From Phoronis australis (taxonomy: Eukaryota > Animalia > Phoronida), in the NCBI GenBank assembly GCA_002633005.1, contig NMRA01000897.1:34198-98197 (forward strand): 64,000 nt of DNA. Direction: 5' to 3'. The translations under genes and the position numbers were made by a program. Shown here one piece after another: positions 52,201-64,000 of this stretch. Under the pieces are notes generated by a model, which made no database searches, had not been told where the DNA came from, and was given only the letters and a program-made list of their open reading frames with translations. How positions within the stretch are numbered: position 1 is the stretch's first letter; every line of letters begins with the position of its first letter.

Positions 52201-52700
52201 TTATATTAGCAAAAACACATGTTAAGTTTTGTTATACACAAAATTTGTAGGATACCGGAGGCATGCACACTCTACCAACCTTGTGTCCTGCCCGTTCTCA
52301 AATTGTCTTCTTTTTGGGAAACACCTGGCTGAGCGGAATTGAGATGTTGTCTGAAAACTATAGAGCAAGATTGTTGTCAGTGACATTCACTAGTACATGA
52401 GAATTGCAATAATGGTGAAGAAACACAGCAGTAGCAGGACCGACACTATGAGTCACAGCCAACTTAACATCCCGTCATAGGAATTACACAGTAACCAAGG
52501 TCTACCCATCCACCACAGTGTGTTTCCGCTCTTAAAATGATAAAAAATCCAGTAGTTTTAAAATTACAGAACCTAACCTTTCACAAAAAATCGATGATTT
52601 TATTTATACCTGCACTTGCTATCATCGTTGGAAGAAAATAATACCGGCCGATGCCTACCTTCTAAGATAGAATTTCGAAGTGTTTCTCTATCCCCAGCAG
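31201..52700 (-). CDS. Uncharacterised multi-exon protein-coding gene (~490 aa reconstructed, 5' end not found)
   Basis: Exons 52700-52610, 52350-52280, 52116-52031, 51300-51241, 41894-41818, 39327-39072, 37996-37924, 37008-36960, 34349-34258 (GC donor), 33949-33507, 33400-33269, 31242-31201 (TGA). All junctions are phase-compatible and give one open frame. Confidence 0.65.
31943..33227 (-). mobile_element. Complete HINE copy in the last intron of the - strand gene
   Basis: Both ends present: AACAAGAGCAACGCAGAGCGTTGAAATGCGCCCAC and CCACATATAAATATGTGGGCCCATAAAAA; internal core repeats. Confidence 0.8.
34636..34760 (+). mobile_element. tRNA-derived SINE
   Basis: TGTGGCTCGGTGG (A box) and CCAGGTTCGAATCCTGG (B box / T-arm). 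Confidence 0.6.
34881..36431. mobile_element. Non-autonomous TA-flanked (Tc1/mariner-type) element with long imperfect TIRs
   Basis: TA|CAGCCACTGAATTATTAGACTTCGTCC ... GGACGAAGCCTAATAATTCAGTGGCTG|TA; CTCACGCC subterminal repeats; internal AAAACTTAAGTTTT palindrome array at 35295-35510. Confidence 0.85.
37405..37692. repeat. 41-bp minisatellite (TTTATGTGAATGTCTTAAACTACCAACTATTGAAAGTGTAT)
   Basis: Seven tandem copies. Confidence 0.95.
38623..38924. repeat. ~37-bp minisatellite (ATATTGAGTTGAACATTGCATATTACTGTACACAGTT)
   Basis: About eight tandem copies with alternating variants. Confidence 0.9.
43291..43393. mobile_element. 103-bp foldback MITE with 8-bp TSD
   Basis: GAGCAAAC on both sides; arms CACAGGCGTCCTCAGCTTCTGATCGTCCCTAATACACTG and its near-perfect reverse complement. 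Confidence 0.9.
44724..44870. mobile_element. hAT-type MITE
   Basis: TIR CAGTGCTGTAGTGG / CCACTTCAGCACTG; 8-bp TSD CTCAAGAA. Confidence 0.9.
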
Positions 52701-53380
52701 CTAAAAAGGAATGGTTTCTAACGTTGTGTTGATGCTCAGACTGTTTGTCCATATGTCCTGTAATGATATTAATATGATTGAGAACCTCAAAAACCACATC
52801 ACAGAATTCAACACTTGAGTGTTTTGATGTTTTCTGAAGGTTTATTTAACACTTATTTTGGCAAATAACAGCAGTACATTAAGACAACAAGTATAATGCA
52901 GTGCCGAACTATTATTTCAACAATCCTGTTTAAAATTAATGTTGACTGTACTTTAATATAAAATTTGCCTCATAAATGATTATAACAATTCCTCAAAATC
53001 ACCTCTACATTGCAAAACTATCTCTTCTAGCTTTGCAACAAGTATTCGCCCATTTCACTGGTTGTGCCAGGGTGTTATTTGGCAAAATATTTAAAACGTC
53101 AGCAACATGGAAAATTTGTTATAATACAAAAAGAAAGGAAGCAAATAAGACAGTAACACTGTTTTGTCACAATATAAAGCATAAGTGTACCCATGTTTGA
53201 CATTGCACTCACTACCAAAACCTATTTTTGGACAATTAAATTTCATAACTTGATGGGCCAATCTGACAATAAAAATAATTGAGGAGCCTGAATAGTATAC
53301 GGGTTGTCGCATCCTTTGCCAAGGTTTCATTATCACTTGCTGGTCCAAGGGCCCTCACTCACCTGAGGGAAAGGTGTCTG

Positions 53381-54141
53381 CAGGCCTTCATGCAGCGTAC
53401 GTCCTGGGCGTCCATTTGGATGCCACAGCACTAATCTGAACGCCCTGGCAAGGAGGCCCAATATATCATTTGGACGCCCTGTCAATCAGAATTTGTCCTT
53501 TGGACACCCACATTGTAAGTTTACTGGGACTCTCAGTTAATGAAAGAGAGAAGTTGGGGCCTTTCAACTCAGAAATAAATATACAATGTATATAAAATGT
53601 ATGTAAAATGTTACAATGTTCAAACTATTTTCAAAGTATTTAGTAGACCTGTCAATCATAAGAACATGTTTGCTTGCCAAAGTGTCTCTGCCATGGACAT
53701 ATTAGCATCATCTGTGCATTTTTCTTGAGTTGGTAACTGCAGCTTTGATGACTCATTGTACATAATATAAAGCTAGTTACGATTATATGACAAACTTTAT
53801 AACATCAATTTGCACTCATCGTTCAACCAAAATCTGTAATATCTGTAACCTGTTTGGTTAGCTGTGAATTTGGCTGTTTTCGTAATTTTGGACATAACAG
53901 TCTTGATCTACACAGTTTTTAGTAAAAAGATTACTACAAGAAAGCCGTTTTTGTAAACTTACATGTAAAAGCCTTGTTCAATGCATTTTTTGTAAAAAAA
54001 CTTTCTGTGTGTGGGGGGAGGTTGTTACTGGTGAATGGTGGTGGGGCTTGGGGGTAATGCGTCATTGGAATCACGGACGCCCTGGAATATTGGGAACTCC
54101 AGTTTGGACACCCTATTTTCGAAATCCTAGATAAAGCCCTG
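53381..54141. mobile_element. hAT-type non-autonomous element
   Basis: CAGGCCTT...AAAGCCCTG with 8-bp TSD GGTGTCTG; paralog at 55520. Confidence 0.88.
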
Positions 54142-54365
54142 GGTGTCTGTGCTTTCTGAGCGGGGAGAATTTTTAATCACTGGGAAGAAGTTTTGATCTT
54201 GATGAGAGGAATTTTGTGTGATTTTCAAATGTTTTTCATAGGGGATTGGGAATGACATTCGGACCCACATTAATTGAAACATTAAGGGCCCTATGGTGAT
54301 CACAACCACCTGTCACTTCACTCAATCTAACCCAATTCTCCTCCTCACAATCAACACAATTTCTG

Positions 54366-55070
54366 TGTCAGAATATAGTCTGACTGTATTATTAGTTGTA
54401 TTGTTTTGTTTTGTTATTCAGTTTGATTGGCATGACCCCTGAGTTAAGTACAATGATGATGTAATTTGTTTACTACAGTATAGTGTGGAACTTTCTAGAA
54501 AACTCTAGCATGACAGTGATTAATGCAGTCTGGAATATTCTAGAGACTAGTACATGTTTGTAGAATGGTTGGGTAGATTCAGGAAAGTTCTAGAATGTGC
54601 TTGAATTGATGAAAAGTTCCAGAACAATGCATTGGGCTATAAATACACAAGCACGGGTTTGTGTTAGTCAGTTGAGTCCAAGAAGATCACGTAAGTTCAA
54701 GGGAAGATCAAGTCAGTTCAAGTAAGTTAATCAGGAGAACTACAGTTGAGTTGCATTGAAGAGAATCACCAGTTACAGCGATAGTCAATAGAGAGCCAGC
54801 TATAGAGACAGCAAGTTATTGAACCAACGAGTGTAACAGTTGCTGGAAGTATCTCAGCAGTTCATCACAAGTCAAGGCTTCGCAGCACTGGCTGGAGCAT
54901 AAACAGACATTAATTAAGTCGGACGTTTTGTTTGAGTAGGCTTGTGAACGTTCGGTCGGGATTAATAAAGGATTAACTCGAACCAGTCTTCAGTCTATCG
55001 TTGCACCGAAAGCTATTAGCACCGGCCTGTAACAACCTGCGCCCACCCACACACGGGGAAAAACGTGACA
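54366..55070 (+). mobile_element. Solo LTR (705 bp)
   Basis: TGTCA...TGACA termini, 5-bp TSD TTCTG, TATAAATA near 54638, AATAAA near 54964. Confidence 0.88.
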
Positions 55071-55519
55071 TTCTGTCAACACAATTTCTGTCGTGGCTAT
55101 CACTAATTTCTCCCAACCCTCAATAACAAACTTCACATCTTCAGTTTTCAATTTCTTTAATAGAATGAAGGCTCAGTGGGAGATGTTGTTCCTGCTGGAA
55201 GGAATTCAAGACTCCCAACTGGTTCCAAGGGTGCACATAGTAATGTGACTGATAGTTTAGCTCATGGATTTTTTTAGCACATAACTCTCATCATATATCA
55301 AATGAACTAAAGGTAGAACCTTTTGCTTTCCAGCTGTTACGTGAACTTCTGGAAGTCTCGCGACATTCTCAAGCTCACTATACTTATCAACTGCTAGCTA
55401 GCCTGTGATTTGCTACTGGACCTTCATTGACAGTGAAATTTGAACCAGACAGTGGCCAATCAAAGTGCATCAAGTAATGGCAGGATTGAGAACATTGCAA
55501 GACTTCTCGCAGTTATGAT

Positions 55520-57025
55520 CAGGCCTTTATGCAGCGTACGTCTTGGGCGTCCAAATGGACGCCTTAGCACTAATATGGATGCCATGGCAAGGACGTCCAA
55601 TGTATCATTTGGACACCCACTATCAATAGGAACCGTGTGACACACACATTGTAATGATTACTAGGAAGCCTATGAAGACTCACAGTGGTGGCTCTTTTTT
55701 CAAAGCAGGAAGACATATACAATGTATATACAAAGTATATACAATGTTGCTTTGCTCACACTTGGTCTACATTTTTTTTAGTAAAACTGCTCACTACAGA
55801 AGGCCGTTTTGTAAACTTAGACGTAAAAACCTTGGTCTATGCATTTTTTGGTAAAAAATCTGTGTGTTTGGGGGGATTGCTGGGGGTGGGGGTCATGCGT
55901 CGGAATCATGGACGCCCTGGAATATTGGGAGCCCCATTTTGGACACCTTATTTTCGAAATCCTGGATAAAAGGCCTGGGCCCGGTCTCCAATCTCCGTAC
56001 TCAGACTCGAATCATGCTCAAACTCACACTTCATACTCAACTCGAGTACAGACTCAGCTTTGGTGTATTCAATGTCATACTCGAAAACTCTGTACTCGAA
56101 ATTTCGAGCACGTACTCAGTTTTCGAGTGTACTCGAACTGAAGTGTATCTCATCTATATTTCGAGTACGATTTTGAGTAAAAATTTGGAGTCTATGCTCA
56201 AATTTCAAGTTTGGTATGGCAGTGTGCTTGAAATCGTACTNNNNNNNNNNNNNNNNNNNNNNNNNNNNNNNNNNNNNNNNNNNNNNNNNNNNNNNNNNNN
56301 NNNNNNNNNNNNNNNNNNNNNNNNNNNNNNNNNNNNNNNNNNNNNNNNNNNNNNNNNNNNNNNNNNNNNNNNNNNNNNNNNNNNNNNNNNNNNNNNNNNN
56401 NNNNNNNNNNNNNNNNNNNNNNNNNNNNNNNNNNNNNNNNNNNNNNNNNNNNNNNNNNNNNNNNNNNNNNNNNNNNNNNNNNNNNNNNNNNNNNNNNNNN
56501 NNNNNNNNNNNNNNNNNNNNNNNNNNNNNNNNNNNNNNNNNNNNNNNNNNNNNNNNNNNNNNNNNNNNNNNNNNNNNNNNNNNNNNNNNNNNNNNNNNNN
56601 NNNNNNNNNNNNNNNNNNNNNNNNNNNNNNNNNNNNNNNNNNNNNNNNNNNNNNNNNNNNNNNNNNNNNNNNNNNNNNNNNNNNNAAAAAATGAATAACA
56701 GTTACAGAACACTCAGAATTCCACGTTATAGACATACTCTTGAAGTTGTAGCGACAGCAGACGATAATGTAGGCCTAGTTCTTGGGGTGGTCTATTCCAA
56801 TAGCGAGCGATGAATCAGCGCGGCTTTGCGTGATTTTGCACTTCACATCATAAAGAGTTCCATAGCAACTCGAGTATGAGTGTCAGATTTGAGTACGTTT
56901 GGAGTCTACTCGAAATAAGACATTAGATACGCTTTTTTGAGTACGACTCCAGTGAGCACGATTTTGAGTATGAAATCTCGAGTATGAGTATGAGTCTGAG
57001 TACGGAGATTGGAGACCGGGCCCCG
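55520..57025. mobile_element. hAT-type non-autonomous element, second copy, with a nested MITE at its right tip
   Basis: 8-bp TSD GTTATGAT at 55512-55519 and 57026-57033; body homologous to 53381-54141. Confidence 0.85.
55978..57022. mobile_element. PIF/Harbinger-like MITE (contains the gap)
   Basis: TIR GGCCCGGTCTCCAATCTCCGTACTCAGACTC / GAGTCTGAGTACGGAGATTGGAGACCGGGCC; 3-bp CTG/CCG flanks; ACTCGA/TCGAGT internal repeats. Confidence 0.8.
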
Positions 57026-57042
57026 GTTATGATTTCTGCTGT

Positions 57043-57430
57043 GTTGTAGAACTGATTTGCTTCGAGTGAATCATATGAGCCTCTGTTAGCCACTTGCTAA
57101 CGGACAATTGCCTATTAGCTAAATGGTTAGCATGTTCGCCAATTTTTTAGGATGGATGATTGAATTCCCGGGTCGGGTAATCTCGGCTGTTACTACAAAT
57201 GGCGTAGTTGGCAAACGGATGATCTACGGATAAAAAACTGCCAACTAGAACCCGCGGACCTCAGATGGCGCGCAAGGTTATGGCGATGGTAAAAATTCAG
57301 AGTCGAGGACCTGCAGAGAGGCAACCTTGTGTTCACCTGTGCTATGGTGGTAAAGGTACCAAGGAAAGTTGATGACCTGTATGTGAGACAACCTGGTGTC
57401 CACTTTCCTGGTGGCGCTCCAATGGGGCTA
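57043..57430 (+). mobile_element. LTR-retrotransposon fragment: tRNA-like LTR end followed by a PBS
   Basis: ...TACTACA (57191-57197) then TGGCGTAGTTGGCA (57200-57213), resembling a tRNA-Ser PBS; upstream TAGCTAAATGGTTAGCATG is tRNA D-arm-like. Confidence 0.45.
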
Positions 57431-57751
57431 TTCGGAAAATTTACATTAACTAGAGGGCATGCGTGTACTAGTGATGATAGATTAAGCAGCCTCGCTTTTG
57501 TGAGCCCTTTAAATACATGGTGAAATGGCTTGCAGTGTTGCCAACTGAATCTGAGATTGCGTGAAAAAGGTGCAAGTAAGCATGACTTTATACAAAGGAA
57601 AGGTTTGTGATTATTTTAACAATTATTAGATGTTTATTCTACTGATGCCTGTTAACTGAGGTACTCGCCGATGTCGACTTCGCGGCAGTTGCCAGTTGGG
57701 TTAACCTTTGTTGTGATGTGTGTTATGCTACTTGACGTAGCACTCGGGATC

Positions 57752-58270
57752 TTTCAGACATCAACACTTATATGAAACACATCAACACCCTGAGAAACCG
57801 CCTAGTCCACCCCAAAGATCCCACCCCACTTGATCGCCAATGTTGTGTTATGTATTGACTGTCATGCACTAAGACCTGTCTCATACTTACATCGGCGAGA
57901 CCAAGCGATCCCTGGGCACCAGAATCAAGGAACACTATAAACCGGACAACCCCACAGGCGAGGGGGAACATCTCGGAATCCCCGGCCACACTGCAAGTGG
58001 CAAACATGCCAAGATACTGGCCAAAGAGGAAAACTGGTTTTCTAGAAAGATCAAAGAGTCAATATACATAAAAACTAACAAGCCTACCATATACCGTGAC
58101 CAAGGTTTGCAACTCCAGTCGATCTATGACGCTATACTACTTTCGGAAAACAGAAGGACCGGAAACCAGGACGCCCCCCCCTACTAGTCGTTGACAAAGA
58201 ACTGTGGAGTACAGTTCGAAACGTTTGAACTTCTAATCCCCAGTCTCCGAGTAATTTGATTTCACTTATA
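57752..58270 (+). mobile_element. 5'-truncated Penelope-like element (GIY-YIG endonuclease remnant)
   Basis: Broken frame NTLRNRLVHPKD..VMY..C..TYIGETKRSLGTRIKEH and ILAKEENWFSRKIKESIYIKTNKPTIYRDQG. Confidence 0.85.
58186..58228 (+). ncRNA. Degenerate Penelope-associated hammerhead ribozyme motif
   Basis: TTGACAA (CTGANGA variant), stem II GAACTGT/ACAGTTC, then GAAACGTT. Confidence 0.45.
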
Positions 58271-58518
58271 AACCAGCAAGATCTTCCCATCCAGTGCGGA
58301 TCTGTTGTCAAAGCCTACTTTCTATATCGGAGACAACGAACAAAGCTCTTGAAAAGGAACATCTATTTTTAAAGAAAGATATTTGTTAATTTACTTATTC
58401 AGGTCCTTAGCGGGGGGATTGGCATAGGGGTTTGGAGTTGTAAAATTTGGTGCAACTGAATGTGTGGAAATAACAGGTAATAGTGTCTGGGGAAAGAGCA
58501 TGGTGAGGTAATTCTTAA

Positions 58519-60160
58519 AGGAGAATGCCACCCGATTTAATTAGTGTGTTTAGCCGTCTTAATCGGTCTATATCCACTTCGCCTCGCATACGGTCAACCT
58601 TACCTTGCCAAGAGGTGTCGCGTTAACCTGTGAGGAAGGTGAGAAACGACGCTAGCGACGTCAGTGGTTCATATGCAGAGTGAATGCCGCTATGTTGCTG
58701 TGCATCGTTCCCGCTTGTCCGAAACGTAAGCAGCTGCGAGGAAAACGGGTTTATCGGTTTTTTACTTCCTCGAGAGTACCAAATGCTTAGGAAGTGGCTC
58801 ATGGTAGTGAAGAATGAAATGTACGCTGTAAATAGCAAGTATGAGGCCGTGAAACATCTCCGTGTCTGTGGCCTGCAGATGTCGACAGTGCCTGACGAAT
58901 TCCGGCTTACCAAATAACTCCATAATACGTTCCGGCGCCTCTCTAGTATTTCTTCATCAGTGTATTCCTGTTCGAATTGATAGCCTGTAAAACTTAACGA
59001 TCCACCTGCGAAGTCGGGACTGACCATGAGCTCTATCTCGTCCTAAGTCGGGATTGCGAGTTGCCATGTTGGCGTTTATTACTGAACTTTCTGTTTCAAA
59101 ATGAATTATTCTCACCCTAATCAATACTTATATAAAACTGAAACAAAGTCTGTCTCATTAGATGCAATTTGTAATGCCATTGGAGTGTTCATTAGTGCAA
59201 ATGATTTGAGAAGCCAGCAATGAATAAATCACTGCGTTACCGGCTTTAAGGTGCAATAAAACCGTTGACGGGACACCGAGCTTGGCCGTGCGAGGTCATG
59301 CAAATTTAGTGTTTGCTGGCAGAAACTGTTGTGAAACAACTCGATTTCCATCTCACGGCCAGGTGTTAGGAGAATCTTTATTTTCATTTACATTACTCAA
59401 ATAATGATTGTCAATGAACAACGTCTGCCCTAAAGTGGAACTTGAATTCACGGCCCCCGACGAGTAAGTAGATTTGCAGTTTCGTGGCTAAATCACCAAC
59501 ATAATCAGGTGCCCATTACTTTGGCTCGCTTGTATAGTATTTTCTTGACTGGAAGTTTAGTTTCCACTGAACTTTGGCTGGTTGATGTTCGTGATGTCTG
59601 ATCAGTTCCCGAGCCACTGGCCGGGAGTCAATCCGGCGGGCCGCGACGGGCCTGATCGGGCTCCGAGCCACTGGCCAGGATAACAAGGGCTTTGTGTTTA
59701 GAACTAAACAAATCACAAGTTCAAACAACACAGATCTAGGTTCTCCTGTTTGTATCTCACGGAAAATATTTCGAAATTATCTCCGAACAAACCCCAAACT
59801 GCTGCTACGGACCTTATTGGCGTGCCGAACTTTGTAGGTTACGGTGTGTCCAAATACCGATAAATCCGTAACAGCGAAATAAAACAACACGTTTTTATAA
59901 GAACTCGGTGTATTTTTAAGGGTTTTACATCGAAGTTTGATGATTTATTGGTGTAAAACGATGAATTCAAGCGATAAGCTGACACCAGTACCCCGTGTTG
60001 TGAACTGCTGAACAGACTGCGTGTGAAACCGATGACGTCATTGGGTAATTTCAACACCTCCGTCTGCCGTCAGGTAACGCAACCGTACGTGTCGTCATGG
60101 AGTAGAACTACTCAATCTAAATAGATACAAATTAGGTTGTTTTTTGGGTGGCATGCTCCT
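58519..60160. mobile_element. Kolobok-type internal-deletion derivative
   Basis: TTAA TSD; TIR AGGAGAATGCCACCC / GGGTGGCATGCTCCT. + strand THAP-like stub at 58684-58917 (C..C..FLLPRE..RKW..RVCG); - strand stub GYQFEQEYTDEE near 58950-58990. Confidence 0.85.
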
Positions 60161-62173
60161 TTAACCTTCATGAAGTTCCTTCAATTTTATGTCATGAAAC
60201 TGTTTTGCTATCAATTGTAAACCCATAAAATATATATTACATTTTCTGAAACCTCAGTGAATTGAAATGTTGCAAGTCGTTTATAAATTCAGATGGCTGC
60301 CATTTCTTGTGAAAATTGCATTTTTGATGCTGCTATACGATTTGTTATTACTCTTAAACAACAGAAAGATTATCCATCATTTTTAAATGACCCAAGTCTT
60401 CACATCTATTAAATGAAAAATAAAAAGTCTGAGAAACGGTTCCCTTAGCCTTAGACAAGAAGTATGCTTGTCAAGACTCATGAATCTGTAATAGGAGTTT
60501 AAAATTGCAGAACGTATCAAAAATAAAAGGGCTTGAAAATGGGTAACAAAGGTTTGAAGTTGTCTCAAATAACTTGCATATTTTGCAGACAAGTGATGTG
60601 TTTAAAGAATTGTTATGGCTACGAACGAAAAATAAAGACGAAAATTTATACAATACTTATTATATACACCCTTGCTTTCTGAAAATAGTAATTATTTAAT
60701 TTTGTGTGAAACTGTAGAGCAGTCACCATATCACATTTTTGAAAAATGGGTAGCATTTTTGACCCAACCTGGAGTAGTTAATTATTCATATTTCATTCAG
60801 GTTCAGTGACATTTTAAGGCCACTTAAAGCTGTAACATAAGCAAGCCTTGTTACTCCTTTCTCTTCTCAACAACATTTCCATACACCAGCAGTGCTGCAT
60901 GGCACAATGTACAAGTCAGTGGCCCTGGAGAAATGAGAATCACAGTACTAAGTTACCATAAGACAATGTGCCAGTGGATTGATTGCGTATGAAAAGGAAC
61001 TACATCTGACTGCTACACAAGTCAGCCTGGTTAGTGAAGATGCCCTTTCATAGGCCGTCATGTGTGAACAATAGCTTATTTCCTTTCCTGGAAGAAACAC
61101 GAGGGACTGAAGGTAAAGAAGACCTAGTGACACTCTGGTCTAGTTCAAGGTCAGATTTTGGGCACAACACGATTCAAGTGATATGCTGTCGTGTTTACGT
61201 TCAAGGATCTAATAGTGGATGTTATTGAGGCTGATGATATTACATGAAGGAAAGCCACATACCAAAACTGCACATTTTTTACAAATGCTTCCATAGGCTA
61301 TTGAAATAAGACCCCAGTGAAATGAAAACCAAAAGAATCTGGTATAAATACCTGTCTTTTCTCACTGAGTGACATTAACTTTTCCTTTCAGAAGAAAGGC
61401 TATTATACTAATGGTAAAAAAACTTTTTAATTTGGTACACATTATGGGGAAACGACATTCAGTGACTGCATTGTCTTATTGTCAGTAGAAAGCCAGTTAA
61501 TGTTACACTTTGATGATCGAATAAATTTTTCATCAACAGGCAAGTTTGTCACAAATTATTGAAACCACAATATGTCTTCAGTTTTAAAGTCCTATTCAGT
61601 GCAGTTGAGCTCATTCTTTTATGCTGAAATGATTAGCGATTACGCTTGCAAATTGTCATTTTCCTGTTTACCTATAGAAATGTGCAGAGATCAAAATCAT
61701 GATGTAATCCCTTTGTTTACATTTGATTTGTTTGTGTGTAATTATTTTTAGAGCTTTCTTAAGAAGACCTTTGAACAATTTTAAGTTTTGTGTTAACTTG
61801 TCTACAACAAAAGTTCCAAATGCAAGAAAAGTATGTTTTCAATTGGCTGGATAAGAATCTGCTAAGCACAAGATTCGAGAATAAACAATTATCAGTGTAT
61901 TTAAAAACAAAATGGCAAACTGAACAACCACATACATACAAATAAACAACATTGTTAAAAACAATTGTAATTTTCCCAATGCAATAGAGTCCATAATTAG
62001 GCATATCAAGGGCTGACTTTCTGAATTAGGTTCAATTCTTTCAGGTCATTGCTGAAGGATTGCTTTTCACTTTGTCCAAAGGTAAAATAGGCGGTCAGCA
62101 GGCAGCTGGTTTCAGTCGTTTTCTCTCACCTGTAACAGAAATGTTAGCAAATTATAAAAGAAAACACAGACAA

Positions 62174-64000
62174 AACCACTTATGTGAGGTAAAACATATT
62201 TGACGTTTCATCTTGTAGAAACTAACCTTTGTACCCAAGTCTTATTTAAGATCTGAATTAAAATATGTGAAACAGGCTAAAAGTGATTTAACAATGTGTA
62301 TTTTTCATGACACCTACAATGTGCGTCTGATCTCAACAAGTAAAATTCATTCTAGGTGTCAATTTATATTCCAATGCAATGTTATATTTACTGAATAGCT
62401 TATTCGTGTTAATTCAGTTACTAATCTGGTAGTCCTGGGGGTGGGGTCCGTTATGAAATAAGGAAACTCACTCATCTAGAGAATTTTATTGGACATACAT
62501 GTAGCACAGTTTTGAAGAGAAACTGCTGTGAAAAAGTCACCTTGACTTCTGAGCGTCACGTACCATACACCTCTTATATTGGGCGCACTCCCACTCAGGA
62601 CAATATGTGAACTGTATGTGCTGCTAGCCTACCCGGCATCGTAGTCCCGGGTGAGTTTCTGAAAAGAAACACTTAGTTCCATTCAATAAACCCATTATTC
62701 AGCGGGGTAACTGGTGGGATTAACAACACCGAACGATGTTGATAGAAACTGATTGCTAAAAACTTACCAAGTAACGTTATATAGTCTCGAAATGGAAATG
62801 CATAGAGCAAAGAAGGGGCTTCGGCATCCACACACTTTTTGTCAGTTGGTTGACCCTTTTGACCACAATTCTCCATGCCTGTAGTAACCTAAGGTCTTTT
62901 GGGAATTTGTGATCACCTGTCAAAGACTTGCACCAGGGAAAATAGCAATTATAAGGCTTAGCACGACGACGTATTTTGATAACAATTACGTCTTTTTACT
63001 AACTGTTTACATGCAGACAGCGACGCATGCGCAATTCAATCACCACTAGTACAGCAGCGACACTGCGAGAATGGGGCTATTGGGAGAATTCTCCTCGCGG
63101 TGTCGCTGCTGTACTAGTGGTGATTGAATTACGCATGCGTGGCTGTCTGTATGTAAACATCTGGTAAAAGATGGAATTTTTATCAAAATACGTCGTCGCG
63201 CTAAGCCTTATTACTGCTAATTTCCCTGGTGCAAGTCTTCAACAAGTGGCCACAAATTCCCAAAAGACCTAAGGTTACTATATTCGGGGACAATTGCGGT
63301 ACACAGGGTCAACTAACTGACAAAAAGTGTGTGGATGCTGAAGCCCCGTGTGTGCTCTCTATCATGTCTATGACTATGCAGATCCATTCGGAGACTACAC
63401 AACATTACTTGGTAAGTTTTTAGCAATCAGTTTCTATCAACATCGTTCGGTGATGTTATCCCCACCAGTTACCCCACTGAATAACAGTTTTATTGAGTGG
63501 AACTAAGTGTTTCTTTTTGGAAACTCACCCGATGCCAGGTAGGCTAGCAGCACATATTCATATTGTCCTGGGTGGAAGTGCTCCCAAAATAAGAGGTGTA
63601 TGGTACGTGATGCACAGAAGTCAAAAGTGACTTTTTCACAGCAGTTTCTCTTCAAAACTATGCTGTTTCCAATAAAATTCTCTAGATGAGTGAGTTTCCT
63701 TATTTTATCGTGGACCCCACCCACTGGACCACCAGCTCAGTTATCGAATTAACATGAATAAGCCTTAATTCAGTAAATGTCGTAACATTGCATTGGAAAA
63801 AAAATGACACCTAGAATGAATTTTACTTGTTGAGATCAGAAGCACATTTTAAGTGTCATGAAAAATACACATTGTTAAATCACTTTTAGCCTGTTTCACA
63901 TATTTTAATTCAGATATTAAATAAGACTTGGGTACAACGGTTATTAGTTTCTACACATAAACATGAAATGTCAAGTATGTTCAGCCTTACAAAAGTAGTT
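62174..64000. repeat. Long inverted repeat / foldback, ~900-bp arms with ~24-bp spacer; runs off the window end
   Basis: 62174-63069 is the diverged reverse complement of 63094-64000 (e.g. TACCCAAGTCTTATTTAA / TTAAATAAGACTTGGGTA; CAATCACCACTAGTACAGCAGCGACAC / GTGTCGCTGCTGTACTAGTGGTGATTG). Confidence 0.92.

Noticed and set aside
61990-62130. Possible - strand exon with an acceptor near 62131
   Set aside because: All three frames close quickly and it could not be linked to the reconstructed gene.

Overview
AT-rich, intron-rich eukaryotic DNA with three assembly gaps (14350-15006, 29220-30183, 56241-56685). The repeat types suggest a marine invertebrate, possibly a mollusc; this is inferred. 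Two host genes converge tail to tail. (1) A + strand single-pass receptor-like gene (Ig domain, LDL-A modules, TM helix, two PPxY motifs; exons 1479-6091). (2) A - strand gene with 12 reconstructed phase-consistent exons (52700-31201, about 490 aa) and no recognisable domain. The rest is a nest of transposons: Helentron-type HINEs with internal satellites full of CTCF-like motifs, TA-flanked pogo/Tc-like elements, Kolobok, hAT, Harbinger-like MITEs, a solo LTR, Penelope, SINEs and a ~1.8 kb foldback. The main observation is a 9.2 kb element (15852-25058) with 29-bp CAC...GTG TIRs and a 5-bp TGTTT target duplication. It encodes a decayed transposase-like protein with P-element-type DDE motifs and a YqaJ/lambda-exonuclease domain inserted between the first two catalytic aspartates, plus a convergent C2H2 zinc-finger gene. 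I cannot place this combination in a standard superfamily. An empty paralogous site elsewhere in the window supports its boundaries.
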